From Octopus vulgaris (lineage: Eukaryota), in contig OX597822.1 of NCBI GenBank assembly GCA_951406725.2, positions 44,144,001 through 44,208,000 on the forward strand: a DNA stretch of 64,000 nt, written 5' to 3'. This document shows positions 15,301 through 27,700 of the stretch, piece by piece. The notes beneath the pieces were generated by a model. That model saw only the letters and a list, made by a program, of their open reading frames with translations. It searched no databases and was not told the DNA's origin. Within the stretch, counting starts at the first letter, position 1. Every line of letters begins with the position of its first letter. Both the position numbers and the translations under genes were made by a program.

Positions 15301-15787
15301 AAATATAACGGAATATATATACATACATATATACATATAAATATATATATATATACACATGCATATATACATAAACAGAGAGAGAGAGAGACGGAAGCAT
15401 GTATGCATATACACATGTAATCATATATGCATATATATATATGTGTGTGTGTGTGTATTTGTATATATACTTATATGTATGTGTATGCAGGTATATGTAT
15501 ATATATATATATATATATATGTACGTGTGTATATATATATATGTGTGTGTATATATATGATGTATGCACATATGCATGAGCCTCTGTGTGTGTGTGTGTG
15601 TCACTGTATGAGAGAAAATTTGCATATATAGATAAAACTACGGTTGAATATGTAGAAGCTGTTGCGTTTATGGGTTAAATTGTCCAATATGCGTTACGTC
15701 ACAGTTTATGTACGCCATGAAACATTAATGCACGCAAGCGTACACGTGAGTTTCTCTGTGGGTTCATCACGTGTATATGTATATATG

Positions 15788-15823
<36 letters not shown>

Positions 15824-15906
15824 CAACAATTGAGGGTAAAATTAATTAATTATTAATTAATTTCACCAAGTGTTCAGTATGCAAAGGGACCATTCAAGGC
15901 GAATTC

Positions 15907-16167
15907 AAATTATTACAATATATAAAAGGGCTTAGTAAAATAAATTACTTTGCCGCATACTGAACTCATTAGAAATAGCAGCTAAAAAACTCAACTCACG
16001 AAAGTTTGGGGGTAAAGACATCGAGTTGACGAAACACTATATGAGAGAGATTTTCTTTAAGTATTAGAAATGGTTTTTAAAAAAGTTTTTTAGCTGCTAT
16101 TTCTAATGAGTTCAGTATGCGGCAAAGTAATTTATTTTACTAAGCCCTTTTATATATTGTAATAATT

Positions 16168-16168
<1 letters not shown>
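15907..16168. repeat. Perfect 85-bp inverted repeat with 92-bp spacer, bracketed by (TA)n
   Basis: 15907-15991 is the exact reverse complement of 16084-16168. Confidence 0.95.
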
Positions 16169-16232
<64 letters not shown>

Positions 16233-16236
<4 letters not shown>

Positions 16237-16392
16237 AGGCGCAATGGCCCAGTGGTTAGGGCAGCGGACTCGCGGTCATAGAATCACGGTTTCGATTCCT
16301 AGAGTGTTTATTGTGAGTGTTTATCGAGCTAAAACACCTAAAGCCACACGAGGCTCCGGCAGGGTGTGGCAATCCCTGCTGTACTCTTTCGC
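16233..16392 (+). mobile_element. 3'-truncated tRNA(Arg)-like SINE, same family as 24340
   Basis: GGAGGCGCAATGGCCCAGTGGTTAGGGCAGCGGACTCGCGGTC matches the 24340 copy. Confidence 0.88.
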
Positions 16393-16440
16393 AGCGATGT
16401 GTAGCAACATCTGATAGCCTGGTCGGTCACGGTGATCACG

Positions 16441-16513
<73 letters not shown>

Positions 16514-16564
16514 CGGTTTGTACCTGTACAGTTGTATATACAATGGATATATTCATCTATTCCT

Positions 16565-16715
16565 TTACTCTTTTAATTGTTTCAGGCATTTGACTGAGGC
16601 CATGCTGGAGCAACGCCTTTAGTCGAACAAATCGCCTTCAGGACATATTGTTCGTAAACATAGTACTTATTCTATCGGTCTGTTTTGCCGACACGAGCAC
16701 CAGCAACAGTTGTGC
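16565..16715 (-). mobile_element. SINE family B 3' fragment
   Basis: TTTGACTGAGGCCATGCTGGAGCAACGCC is the reverse complement of the family B tail. Confidence 0.75.
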
Positions 16716-16734
16716 ACAGACTCATTCACAAATG

Positions 16735-16797
<63 letters not shown>

Positions 16798-17347
16798 GTG
16801 TGTGTGTATATATACATATATATATTTATAAATATATGTATAGACGTGGTTTACTCTTTGTACACTCCCTTGTGCCTTTTTTCTGTATTGTTACCCTTGG
16901 CCCTGTTTTTTCTTGAGCTTGTGCGTATATAGACGTGTGTTCGAACCTTTCGCATGCGCGCGTGTGTGAGTGGGTTTACATGTGTATAAATATACATTTC
17001 ACAAATGGTGCGAGTGAGGATGTGTACGTGTTCAAGTGAGGGTGGATGAATGTATACTTTTAGGCACACGCACGTAGGTGTGCGGGCCGCCAGTGTAGGC
17101 TTACGCGGTTACTATGAACTTTTTACCCCTTTACTTTTACTCCCTCCACTCACTTAGCGGTCATTCAAATAGCTGTTTTGTTTTAATAACGGTCAATCAC
17201 ACAGTAATTTCCCTTTGCATGATGGTCATTTTTCATAGCATTTTTCCGATTGCCAGATAACTGAGAAGATGGCGGCGTGGGTTTCCTCCTTGGCATCCAA
17301 GACATGGAATTTTATCATGGCTACCGAATAATTGTCACATATTACAT

Positions 17348-17464
17348 TTACGGCCATATCACGTTGAAAGCACCGGTTCTCGTCCGATCACCGAAGTTAA
17401 GCAACATCGAGCCTAGTTAGTACTTAGATGGGTGACCGCTTGGGAACCCTAGGTGCTGTAAGCA
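17348..17464 (+). rRNA. 5S rRNA sequence, nearly full length (first 2 nt missing, no terminator); probably the head of a 5S-derived SINE rather than a functional 5S gene
   Basis: TTACGGCCATATCACGTTGAAAGCACCGGTTCTCGTCCGATCACCGAAGTTAAGCAAC...TAGTACTTAGATGGGTGACCGCTTGGGAACCCTAGGTGCTGTAAGCA is a molluscan-type 5S with box A and box C intact. Single copy, not in an array. Confidence 0.93.
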
Positions 17465-17540
17465 TTCCATTACTTTAAATGGCGGTGCCCCAGCATGGCC
17501 ACAGCTCATTAGCTGAAACTGGAAAAATCAAATCAAAATC
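17348..17540 (+). mobile_element. Putative 5S-derived SINE (SINE3-type): 5S head, GGCGGTGCCCCAGCATGGCCACAG tail and A-rich end
   Basis: The tail begins about 16 nt after the 5S end, is homologous to the family B tail and ends in AAAAATCAAATCAAAATC. Confidence 0.7.
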
Positions 17541-17564
17541 ATATATATACACTTACATATATAT

Positions 17565-17824
<260 letters not shown>

Positions 17825-17945
17825 TATACATATATATATATGTATGTCTGTACATATCTATATATATATATACATACATTCATACACAAAATATGCCGGT
17901 ACGCGCGTGACAGCTTTGGGAGGTGTGTCTGTATACGTGTGATTG

Positions 17946-18009
<64 letters not shown>

Positions 18010-18287
18010 AGAATGTTTGTGTGTGTGTGTTTGTCTAAGTGTGTATATATACGAATCAATGATGTTAGAAAAAAACACTAATTGAACAATATGGTATTTC
18101 CTGCTGTACGAGTTTACCGTACATGTTTGTGTGGATGTGCGTTTATGTGTGTGTGCTTCCGTATAGCGGAGTATGCGTATGGATCTGTGTGTATTGGCAA
18201 CAAATAGACCTAACTACACGCACACATACACGCACACACACATATATACATATTGCTTTTCATCCACCCTCTTTCAGTATGTATGTG

Positions 18288-18504
<217 letters not shown>

Positions 18505-18783
18505 CTGTGTTTGTACGTGTGTGTGTACGCATGATTGTTTGTATGTGTCTGTGTCCATGTATTTATATATAAGTAGGTCTATAGTTGCGTATTTATATAT
18601 ACCCTTACACACTTGATAGCAAGCGTATCGTTTTATCTCTTCTATTATTAATTCCTTTTCAAGCTCACGCACGCACGTACGGACGCACACATACACATAC
18701 ACACACACACACGTAAACACAAGTACGTAGACAAACACAATCACACACCAGACACATTCGTACATACGTCCATACCTAAATTT

Positions 18784-18836
<53 letters not shown>

Positions 18837-19273
18837 CACATGTATATACACAAAATTAGCCATGCACATACGTACAAATATTTATCGGTTTCTTTAACCG
18901 ACGTTTCATCTTTATCGACTATACACGGCGGGATTCATATAATTCTGTGTTTGTATGTATGTATATGTGTGTGTATGTGTGTGTATGAGTGTGTATGCAC
19001 GGGTATAGATGTGTGTATTTATATCAATATATCTCTCAGAGAGAGGGAGGGAGAGAGAGAGAGAGAGAGAGAAAGTGAAAGTGTGAGGTATAGATAGTTA
19101 GGTAGGTAGATATGTAAATGTACATATACATATATGCGTATATGTATGTCTATAATGGATGTGTATATATATAAATATGCAATGTATGTGTGTATACAAC
19201 TAGTACGTCTCGTATGTGTATGAATACATACATACATACATACATACATACATACATACATACATACATACAT

Positions 19274-19317
<44 letters not shown>

Positions 19318-20779
19318 ATATATATATATGTATGTATATATATATATAATTTAGATATATATATATATGCGTATCGCACAACCTGACACATTCATATGCT
19401 AACACACACTCGCACATTTATTGTTTTTAATATGTTATTAACTCAGAGATGTCTGTGGAACATTGCCAACGTATTTTGCAATTCCTCTCATTGTACATAT
19501 CTATGAGTTTAATGGTTACAACATAAATACTGTAAATAGTCACATTGCGCCTGAAGACGGCCAGTGTCCATGCTGAAAATTCTCTCGCCCTTTCGCTGAC
19601 ATTTTTTACACTGAATATTTATTTATACTCCAAATCTTATCGCCAGACTGGATTGTAAATTTAGACCGTTTTGGGATTGAGAATTACCTGAAAGTTACAC
19701 TCGGCATATATGATGCACATTTTCGAGTCCTACATGCAACATTGCTTTAAATATTTCATGCCTTTGTGCAGCTGAAACTTTCCTGAATTTCCCTTCGTAT
19801 ACCTAGGTGCGATTAATACACCCGTGTCCCCTTCCTGCCATGAAATATGGTAGATCTACGTCGTTGTAGCCTATCTAGAAATGGCATTCACACGTACGTC
19901 TGTTTATAATTATTTACTTAAAATTAACATAGACGTCAGATTGTACAATTCAGTTTTATAGGAAAATTGGTATGCTTTTATTTGTTTGTCTTGTCATCGC
20001 TAATTTTCGGGTTAATCTCCATTGAATCCAGTTATACAAGAGCGAGTGTTGGGAATACATCTAGCTCAAAGTAAAATTCCTATCCATGTCATAAAAATCC
20101 ATCTCGTACGTTACCCTCCATCCGTCACTCAGACGTGAGCATGATTTCGTAGCATGTGCCCTGATTACCTTTAGCACCGTCCACTCTCATGTGACTCAGT
20201 TTAACGGCTTTATCTTCACCTTGCGTGCAATTATCGGTATTCATTCTGTTGAAATTCCTGTGAGAAGGTATCCGTTTTGAGGATGCTAAAACCTAAAACA
20301 CTGAGTCTCTAAGGAAGTCGCCCTCGTATGTCGCCCTCGCTCTTGTATCCAAGAAATATATTTAACGATTCCACTCTATCGAGAATGACAGCTAATCTAT
20401 ATATATTTTAACTAGGTGAGAAAGCAATACTCAGACATGTCTAAGGATACCAAATCTAGCAGGCGTGTGTATGATGTCTGCAAAGTGAGGGCCTGGTCCG
20501 GATTCCTACGACATGAGTGATGGGGTTTTCTAAGGGCACTTATAGTGCCAGGAAGTGATATTGATCCGCATGACGGTCTAGCGGATTAACGGATTAACCA
20601 CAGTGAGCTGATGTAATGCCAGGCAGAGTATATAACGCTTAATTTGATCATAGAGAGAGCCTCTAGCGGTCGAATGCTTTGCTAGCAATAACAGCTAATT
20701 CTCTCTTATCTTCATAAACAAGGGAAGGATTTGGGACTTTTTGATGTAATTAATTCATTCATTCATATCCAGAGCGTCA

Positions 20780-21290
20780 TCATCCTGAAGGAGGATCGCC
20801 TATTTGGATTCCTTCCACCGCTGTCTGTCTCTGGCTAGTCGTAGCCATGTGGGCCCCTGGCAGTGGATGAGATCATCTCGCCATCATGCCTTTTGTCGGT
20901 CTCTTGATCTTGTCCATTGTGTTGATGACCATTTCGTCACCTTGATTGTCCATCTGATGTCATTCAGTCGCGCGATATGTCAACTCCGTCTATATTTGTT
21001 CTCCTTGACGGTTCTTACGATGTCATTGGTCTTCTTCTCCCGCAATGTTATGCTGAGCGGGATTCGATCCATTTTCCATTAGGCTACAATAAGGGCGTTC
21101 ACGTTTCACCGCCGTTAAATATCACTGTCAAGATATTCACGCAGATCATTCCTTAAATTTTCCCAAACGCAGCCCAGCCAAGTGCTATTCTTCTTTTAGT
21201 TTCCGATGTAATTGTAGATATACCAAAAAATACCGGATAATCTTTGTTGGAATACATTTAAACCGATATCTTCTCGATACGGCCTAACAT
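20780..21290 (-). mobile_element. Decayed RTE-clade LINE 3' fragment
   Basis: Minus-strand peptides ETKRRIALGWAAFGK and HIARLNDIRWTIKVTKW..RSRDRQKA*WRDDL..GPTWLRLARDRQRWK, typical of the RTE ORF2 C-terminus. Confidence 0.82.
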
Positions 21291-22155
21291 GAGTATGCGT
21301 ACGGGTTGAGGGTTGGGACTAGACAACAACGGCAATAAACGTAAGAACGTCTATTTTTAGAATGCAATTCAATGAAATTGCCTGTACATCGACGTTATAA
21401 CTGCTGGGAATAGCAGCCAAATCACCTTCAAAGCACACCTTACCGTTTATAAAAGGAGAGGAAGCTTTGGATAAAGTATTCAATTTGTAGATAAATATAA
21501 ACAGAAAATGAAATGGGTAGACGGAAACGTTTGATCTGAGAACTGCGCAATTCGTTGCAGTCTTTAGGGGAAAGCTAAGTAGCAACAACAACGAAAACGA
21601 AACTACAACCAGCACCGCTACCATCACCAGTACCACCACAACCACAACTACAACCACAATAACCACCACTACCATTATAACCACCACCACCACAATCACC
21701 ATCACGACCACCACCACAACCACCACCAATGCCACTACCACCACCACCACTATCACTACTACCACCGCTTCTATCACGTCCATGAACATCACCACAACCA
21801 CCAGCAGAGACATCAACGCCACGACGATTGGCGTCGACTCCCACCCCAACACCACCATCACTATCACCGGCGCAACCGCCACCACTACCACGACCATCAT
21901 AATGAAAACACCACCACGCGAGCGAGCGCACACACATAAACACACACACAGATCAACCAATACATTGACTCCACTGCCAAGACAACCACGACCACCACCA
22001 CCACCACCACCACCAACAACAACAACAAATAAAATACACTCAATTGCAATACTCCACAGTCTCATCAAAAAAGAAAAAAAAAAGCCGGCAGCTGATCGGA
22101 GGGGGTTAGGTTGGTTACGAGAAAGGACATTAACAGACAATAGAAAAGTGTTATG

Positions 22156-22190
<35 letters not shown>

Positions 22191-22636
22191 GTAAATAAAC
22201 AGACAAACAAACAAACATAACATAAATAAAAGCACGAAACAAAATGGCCGCCATTTTAATAAGCAGCAGGACATTCCAACAACCTCCCGCCGTCAACCTT
22301 TCAAAGTAAATATAGACGGTGAGTGGGGTCACATATACAGCAGGTTTACATCATTGTGAGTTCATTCTTAATGTTCAACTGCATTAAATGTGAAACGATG
22401 ACGTAAATTGGACAATTCCCCTCTCAGATAATGATTACATTCCAATAGAGATTGTGAAACGGTGTGACTGTAGATGTTTGGGACTGTGTATGGACATATG
22501 TGCATATCTGTGTATATGTGTATAAATATACACGTATATATGTATATTTACATACATGAGCGTAAACAGATATATATATATGCATATGTATGTATATATA
22601 TATATACATACATATATATATATATATACATACATA

Positions 22637-22673
<37 letters not shown>

Positions 22674-22819
22674 GTATGTATGTATGTATGTATGTATGTA
22701 TGTATGTATGTATGTATGTATAAACCCCCACACAAAGAGTTAGGCGAAGGGCAAGACACACATACTCAAACGTATAGCTATACGTATGTTACACAAATAT
22801 ATATGTATATGTATATGTA

Positions 22820-22866
<47 letters not shown>

Positions 22867-22877
22867 TTATTTATTCA

Positions 22878-22909
<32 letters not shown>

Positions 22910-23068
22910 CCTCTCTCTCTCTGCATCTATCTGTATGTGAGTGTGTATATGTATGTATATCATATGTGTGTACGTGTGTGAGTATTTGGTAATTCACATA
23001 GGCAGATAAAGAGAAACAGAGAGAGAGAGAGAGATAGAGAGAAAGAGAGAAATAAAAAAATATAGAGC

Positions 23069-23114
<46 letters not shown>

Positions 23115-23725
23115 GAGAGAGAGAGAAATAGACAGAGATAGAAACAAAGGCAGATAGAGAGGTGGGTTCGAAGATTAGCTTGGTTGGAGTATGAAGACAG
23201 CCGATAGAGACATGCAGATTAATATGCAGATATACAGACGCATTTTGATGTATTGATATACCTCTCTCAGTCTCTATCTCTGTCTCTCTCTCTCTCTACC
23301 CCTTAGAAAGACAGAGAGAGAGAGGGCGAGAAAGAGAGAGAGAGAGAGAAAGGGGAAGTGAGTGAGAGAGAAAAAGTGGATGATTAACTAAAAAAATAGA
23401 GAGAGAAAGAGAGAAATCTATAGAATGTTAGCAGGGCAGTCTGATATATAGAGAATCAGTCTGATACACAGAGATGAGGTGAGTGCACACTGGATCATAC
23501 CCAGACTGGCACACATATGCACCAACATAAATAGACACAGACATATACACACGGACGGAGAGGCGGACAGCCATGCAGACAGGCGGACCGACAGCCAAGC
23601 AGGCAGACAGGCAGGTAGGCAAACTGCCATGGCGTACAATCATTATCGGTCGCAAGGAAATGAAAACTGCATATCTAATTGCTTTCATTAGACTCTTTAA
23701 GTATACCGTATGTTGTGTGTATGTG

Positions 23726-23800
<75 letters not shown>

Positions 23801-24173
23801 TTGTATATGTATATATATGCATATGTTTGTATGTGTGTAGGTGTGTATACATATATATATATATCTAAATGTATATATACATAAATATAAATGCATATAT
23901 ATATACGCATATAAATATATATGTATATTTATGTGTGTCTATATGTGTTTTGGTGTATATATAGATAAGCTGGTTCATGTTTAGTTATAAATCTATCTAC
24001 CCGTATGTATATGTGTATATATAAATGTATCTACCCGTATGTTTATTAACCGTTAGCCAACCATTTGCTTAAAAAAAAAAAACTTCTCTAACTTCTCTTT
24101 TTCTCTCTCTCTCTCTATCTTTCTATCTCTCGCTCGCTTTCATTATATTTGTATGTCTGCATGTGGGCACCTG

Positions 24174-24233
<60 letters not shown>

Positions 24234-24339
24234 TACAGGAGTCGCTGCGTGTGCAGGTTTTGTTTTTTATATATTTCTCATTATTTTCCATCTTTTCGTC
24301 ACTGATATCTGTTACCCCCATGCCCATATAAACACTCAA

Positions 24340-24727
24340 GTGGAGGCGCAATGGCCCAGTGGTTAGGGCAGCGGATTCGCGGTCATAGGATCGCGGTTTC
24401 GATACCCAGACCGGGCGTTGTGAGTGTTTATTGAGCGAAAACACTTAAAGCTCCACGAGGCTCCGGCAGGGGATGGTGGTGATCCCTGCTGTACTCTTTC
24501 ACCACAACTTTCTCTCACTCTTACTTCCTGTTTCTGTTGTACCTGTATTTCAAAGGGCCGGCCATGTCACCCTCTGTGTCACGCTGAATATCCCCGAGAA
24601 CTACGTTAAGGGTACACGTGTCTGTGGAGTGCTCAGCCACTTACACGTTAATTTCACGAGCAAGCTGTTCCGTTGATTCGGATCAACTGGAACCCTCGTC
24701 GTCGTAACCGACGGAGTGCTTCCATCC
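24340..24727 (+). mobile_element. Full-length tRNA(Arg)-like SINE with target-site duplication
   Basis: A box TGGCCCAGTGG, TCG anticodon-like loop, B-box-like GTTTCGATACC; flanked by ATAAACACTC(A/G)A at 24328-24339 and 24728-24739. Confidence 0.9.
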
Positions 24728-24894
24728 ATAAACACTCGAACAGGTCTACATGCTTTGCTATCGCTCTCTTTCTCTCTCCCTCTCTCTCTTTCTCCCTCTC
24801 TCTTTCTCTCTCCCCTCTCTCTTCCTACTATCTACCCATTTCTGTTTCTCTCTCTCTATCTATCTATCTGTCTGTCCGTCACACTGTCTGTATG

Positions 24895-24935
<41 letters not shown>

Positions 24936-25354
24936 ATATATATATATATATATATATGTCTGTCTGTCTGTCTGTCTGTCTGTCCTTCTGTCTGCACGTA
25001 TGCATGTATGTCTGGATGTATATGTGTGTGAGTGTGTCTGAACCGATGTATCAACATACACGCCTTCACTCTACTCCTGGAGGCTGATTTGAAAACGCGT
25101 TCCCATGTCCCTGGGTAATTAAACCCGTGACAGGTTCAAGTCGTATATAGTGCTAAGTCTGTTAACATTACTCGCTTAACCCCTGAGAAACTGCGGCCTT
25201 TAACGCACGTAGGCACACCATGTTTTTTATAGCCACCGATACACACACACACACATACACACACACACATGTATGTGTATAAGTAGATATACGTTAGTAT
25301 ATACATACCTCCATATATAAATATGTATACATATATATACATATATATATATAC

Positions 25355-25400
<46 letters not shown>

Positions 25401-26529
25401 GTATATATATATTTGTGCGTGTTTATATATGTATATATATATATATAATTTATTCATAGATTTTTATCTCTATGCTTCACAAATCTTTTCTACCTAACGG
25501 TTAAATGCCGTTGGGTCTAAGCGATTTGAGAATTGTAGAGAGATTAAGGTAATGAATAAATTATGGAACTCTGCATCGTACGATGTGTACAGCACTTAAC
25601 TGAATGTGGTGTTCGTTGTTCGGTCACTGGTACTTGGATTACACAGACACGCATGCACACATACACACCCATACACACACATATTTACATATATACACAT
25701 ATATACACATACGTATATGTATATATGAATTTATCCAAGTTGATGGAGTGGAGCAGGTAAAATTCTGCCTAAATATGTTTCGTATCTACCACATTCTCTG
25801 GTTTAGTATTTACTCAACGAGGGGTATTCAGCTACATGCTAATGAGGCCGAAGATACCTTAATTATACAAAGTAACAATAGCGTTAACTCACCGAAGATA
25901 TAAGTTGGAAAGCCTCGCCTAGAAATTATTATTGTTCGTGGTGGGATCTTTCATTTACCTACCACGGACTTCTCGAAGCCTAAAAAATTTCTATAATTAG
26001 ATCTTTGGTTCTTATAATTACATATCGATGATATATACGAGTATACATATACAAGTTATATAATATACATATATAAGCATATACAAACGATTATATATAC
26101 TTATACATGCATATGTATGTGTGTGTGTGTGTGTGTGTGTGTATCCTTTTATGGATGTATCATTGTATCGAGAAAACCGTTGGTCGCAGTGCACTACCTA
26201 GCATTGTTGTAGGCTTCGAATGATGTCAACTCACCGGCTGGAGAGTATACCACACATACACACACACACACACACACAACCTCATATATACATATACATG
26301 TATATATATACACGCAAAGATATACACTCCCCTCATATATATATGTGTGTATATATATATATATATAAAATTAAATAATAAGGGTAGGAATTGATATTAA
26401 TGAGTTAAAACCACTGGCTTAGAACGTAATATATATCGCAAGGCATGTTATCCGACGCTCTCATGAGTCTGGCATATCATCGTCTTTAATTTGTTACTAA
26501 TCGAGGTTGAAGCCATCAGTTTTAGAAAC

Positions 26530-26800
26530 CAAATCAGATTTACGTATAGCGGCATATGTGTCGTTGCAGCGCACCTCTGCGTCCACCATACGTCGACATT
26601 TGCTCGAGTAAATACCTTGTAACCCTCCGAGCGATGCCACATGTAGTCACCATTTCTGTGAGATACTTGCTGATCCACCGTGGTCATATGGCATGTGGCC
26701 GACTAACACGAGCCGTCAACCCTACCGGATCCTCAGAGAACAGGACACGATATGCAGGATCCAACTCGGAAAATCGAGCTACATGCTGACGCTCCTAAAT
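26530..26800 (-). mobile_element. Decayed RTE-like LINE 3' end
   Basis: Minus frame HVARFSELDPAYRVLFSEDPVGLTARVSRPHA..YLTEM resembles GHVARFxxxDPAxRIL..WRRPRGRP. Confidence 0.6.
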
Positions 26801-26836
26801 CATACACGTGGCACGACGTATCCCAGTTTATGAGTA

Positions 26837-27700
26837 CAGTCAACTCTCGCTACTATGCCACCCTGCGGGACTGAGCCAAAGTGGCATAGTACCGAGAGTG
26901 GCATAGTACCGAGGGTCTGTTATCTAAACACTACATAACCAAAAATTTACTGAACATACGAATAAAAATTCATAGGGTAGGAAGTAAGGCCAATAAGAAG
27001 TTCAATACAATGGTAAAAAGAAGACATCCAAGTTTATTAAGTTCAGATTGCTTTTAGTTAATCCCGAAGCTCTCAAAAATTGTCGGCTGACGCATCTTCC
27101 TTCGGCGGATTTCATTCATTTCGTTGTCTAGCCTATCACACGCCTGCATGACGCTGGGTTTTCCGCTGCACTGCTGCTGCATAAACTTTCGGATAGTGTT
27201 CCATGCTCTCTGGGCATCTGCAAACGAAACGTTTTCCTCTTCCACAATTACCTCGTCGTCTTCACTTTCCACCGGCTCTTCGTTATGCATTACCTCCTTT
27301 GCTATTTCTTCTAGAGTGAAACATGTCGGACAATACAAGGGGTGGTAACTTGTATCAGATATTACTAATGATACGAGGGGCCCGACAATAACGTTTTTCG
27401 CAGCATCGATAATCTCCTTCTTTTCCTTCAGCGTAAACTCAGTCCGCTTGCGTTTCTGAGCTGACATTGTGTGCTACTTTCTGAACTTTTCCACAAGATT
27501 ACAAATACGAAATGTACAAAATGTAGGAGTACAAAATTTCGAAAAGTTGCGTGCGCTTCAGTTTACAAGTGGCATAGTAGCGAGAGTTGAGGGTGGCAGA
27601 GTAAAAATTTTTTGTTTATTATTTGGCCGGGACCGCGCAAAACTGGCATAGTAGCGAGAGTGGCATAGTAGCGAGGTGGCAAAGTAGCGAGAGTTGACTG
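26837..27700 (-). mobile_element. Internally deleted pogo/Tigger DNA transposon
   Basis: TIRs CAGTCAACTCTCGCTACT(A/T)TGCCACC (26 bp, one mismatch), TA on both flanks, multiple subterminal GTGGCATAGTA(G/C)CGAG repeats, and a transposase-derived ORF. Confidence 0.93.
27054..27467 (-). CDS. 137-aa truncated Tigger transposase: N-terminal basic/psq-HTH start fused to the C-terminal region, no DDE domain
   Basis: MSAQKRKRTEFTLKEKKEIIDA (CENP-B/psq-like start) and EEENVSFADAQRAWNTIRKFM..KMRQPTIFESF (Tigger C-terminus). ATG and TAA intact; AATAAA just downstream. Expression unknown. Confidence 0.55.
   Translation of the reverse strand: MSAQKRKRTEFTLKEKKEIIDAAKNVIVGPLVSLVISDTSYHPLYCPTCFTLEEIAKEVMHNEEPVESEDDEVIVEEENVSFADAQRAWNTIRKFMQQQCSGKPSVMQACDRLDNEMNEIRRRKMRQPTIFESFGIN

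Noticed and set aside
17348-17464. Functional 5S rRNA gene or array
   Set aside because: Single copy, first two bases replaced, no T4+ terminator, fused to a retroposon tail.
19551-19590. Hammerhead-like CTGAAGA...GAAA
   Set aside because: Weak stem II and no convincing stems I or III.
21319-22332. Longest ORF (337 aa, Val-rich)
   Set aside because: Translation of a degenerate (ACC/AAC)n low-complexity tract plus (AAAT)n; no domain.
24340-24420. tRNA-Arg gene
   Set aside because: tRNA-like head continues into a SINE body with a TSD and a second copy; acceptor stem is not intact.
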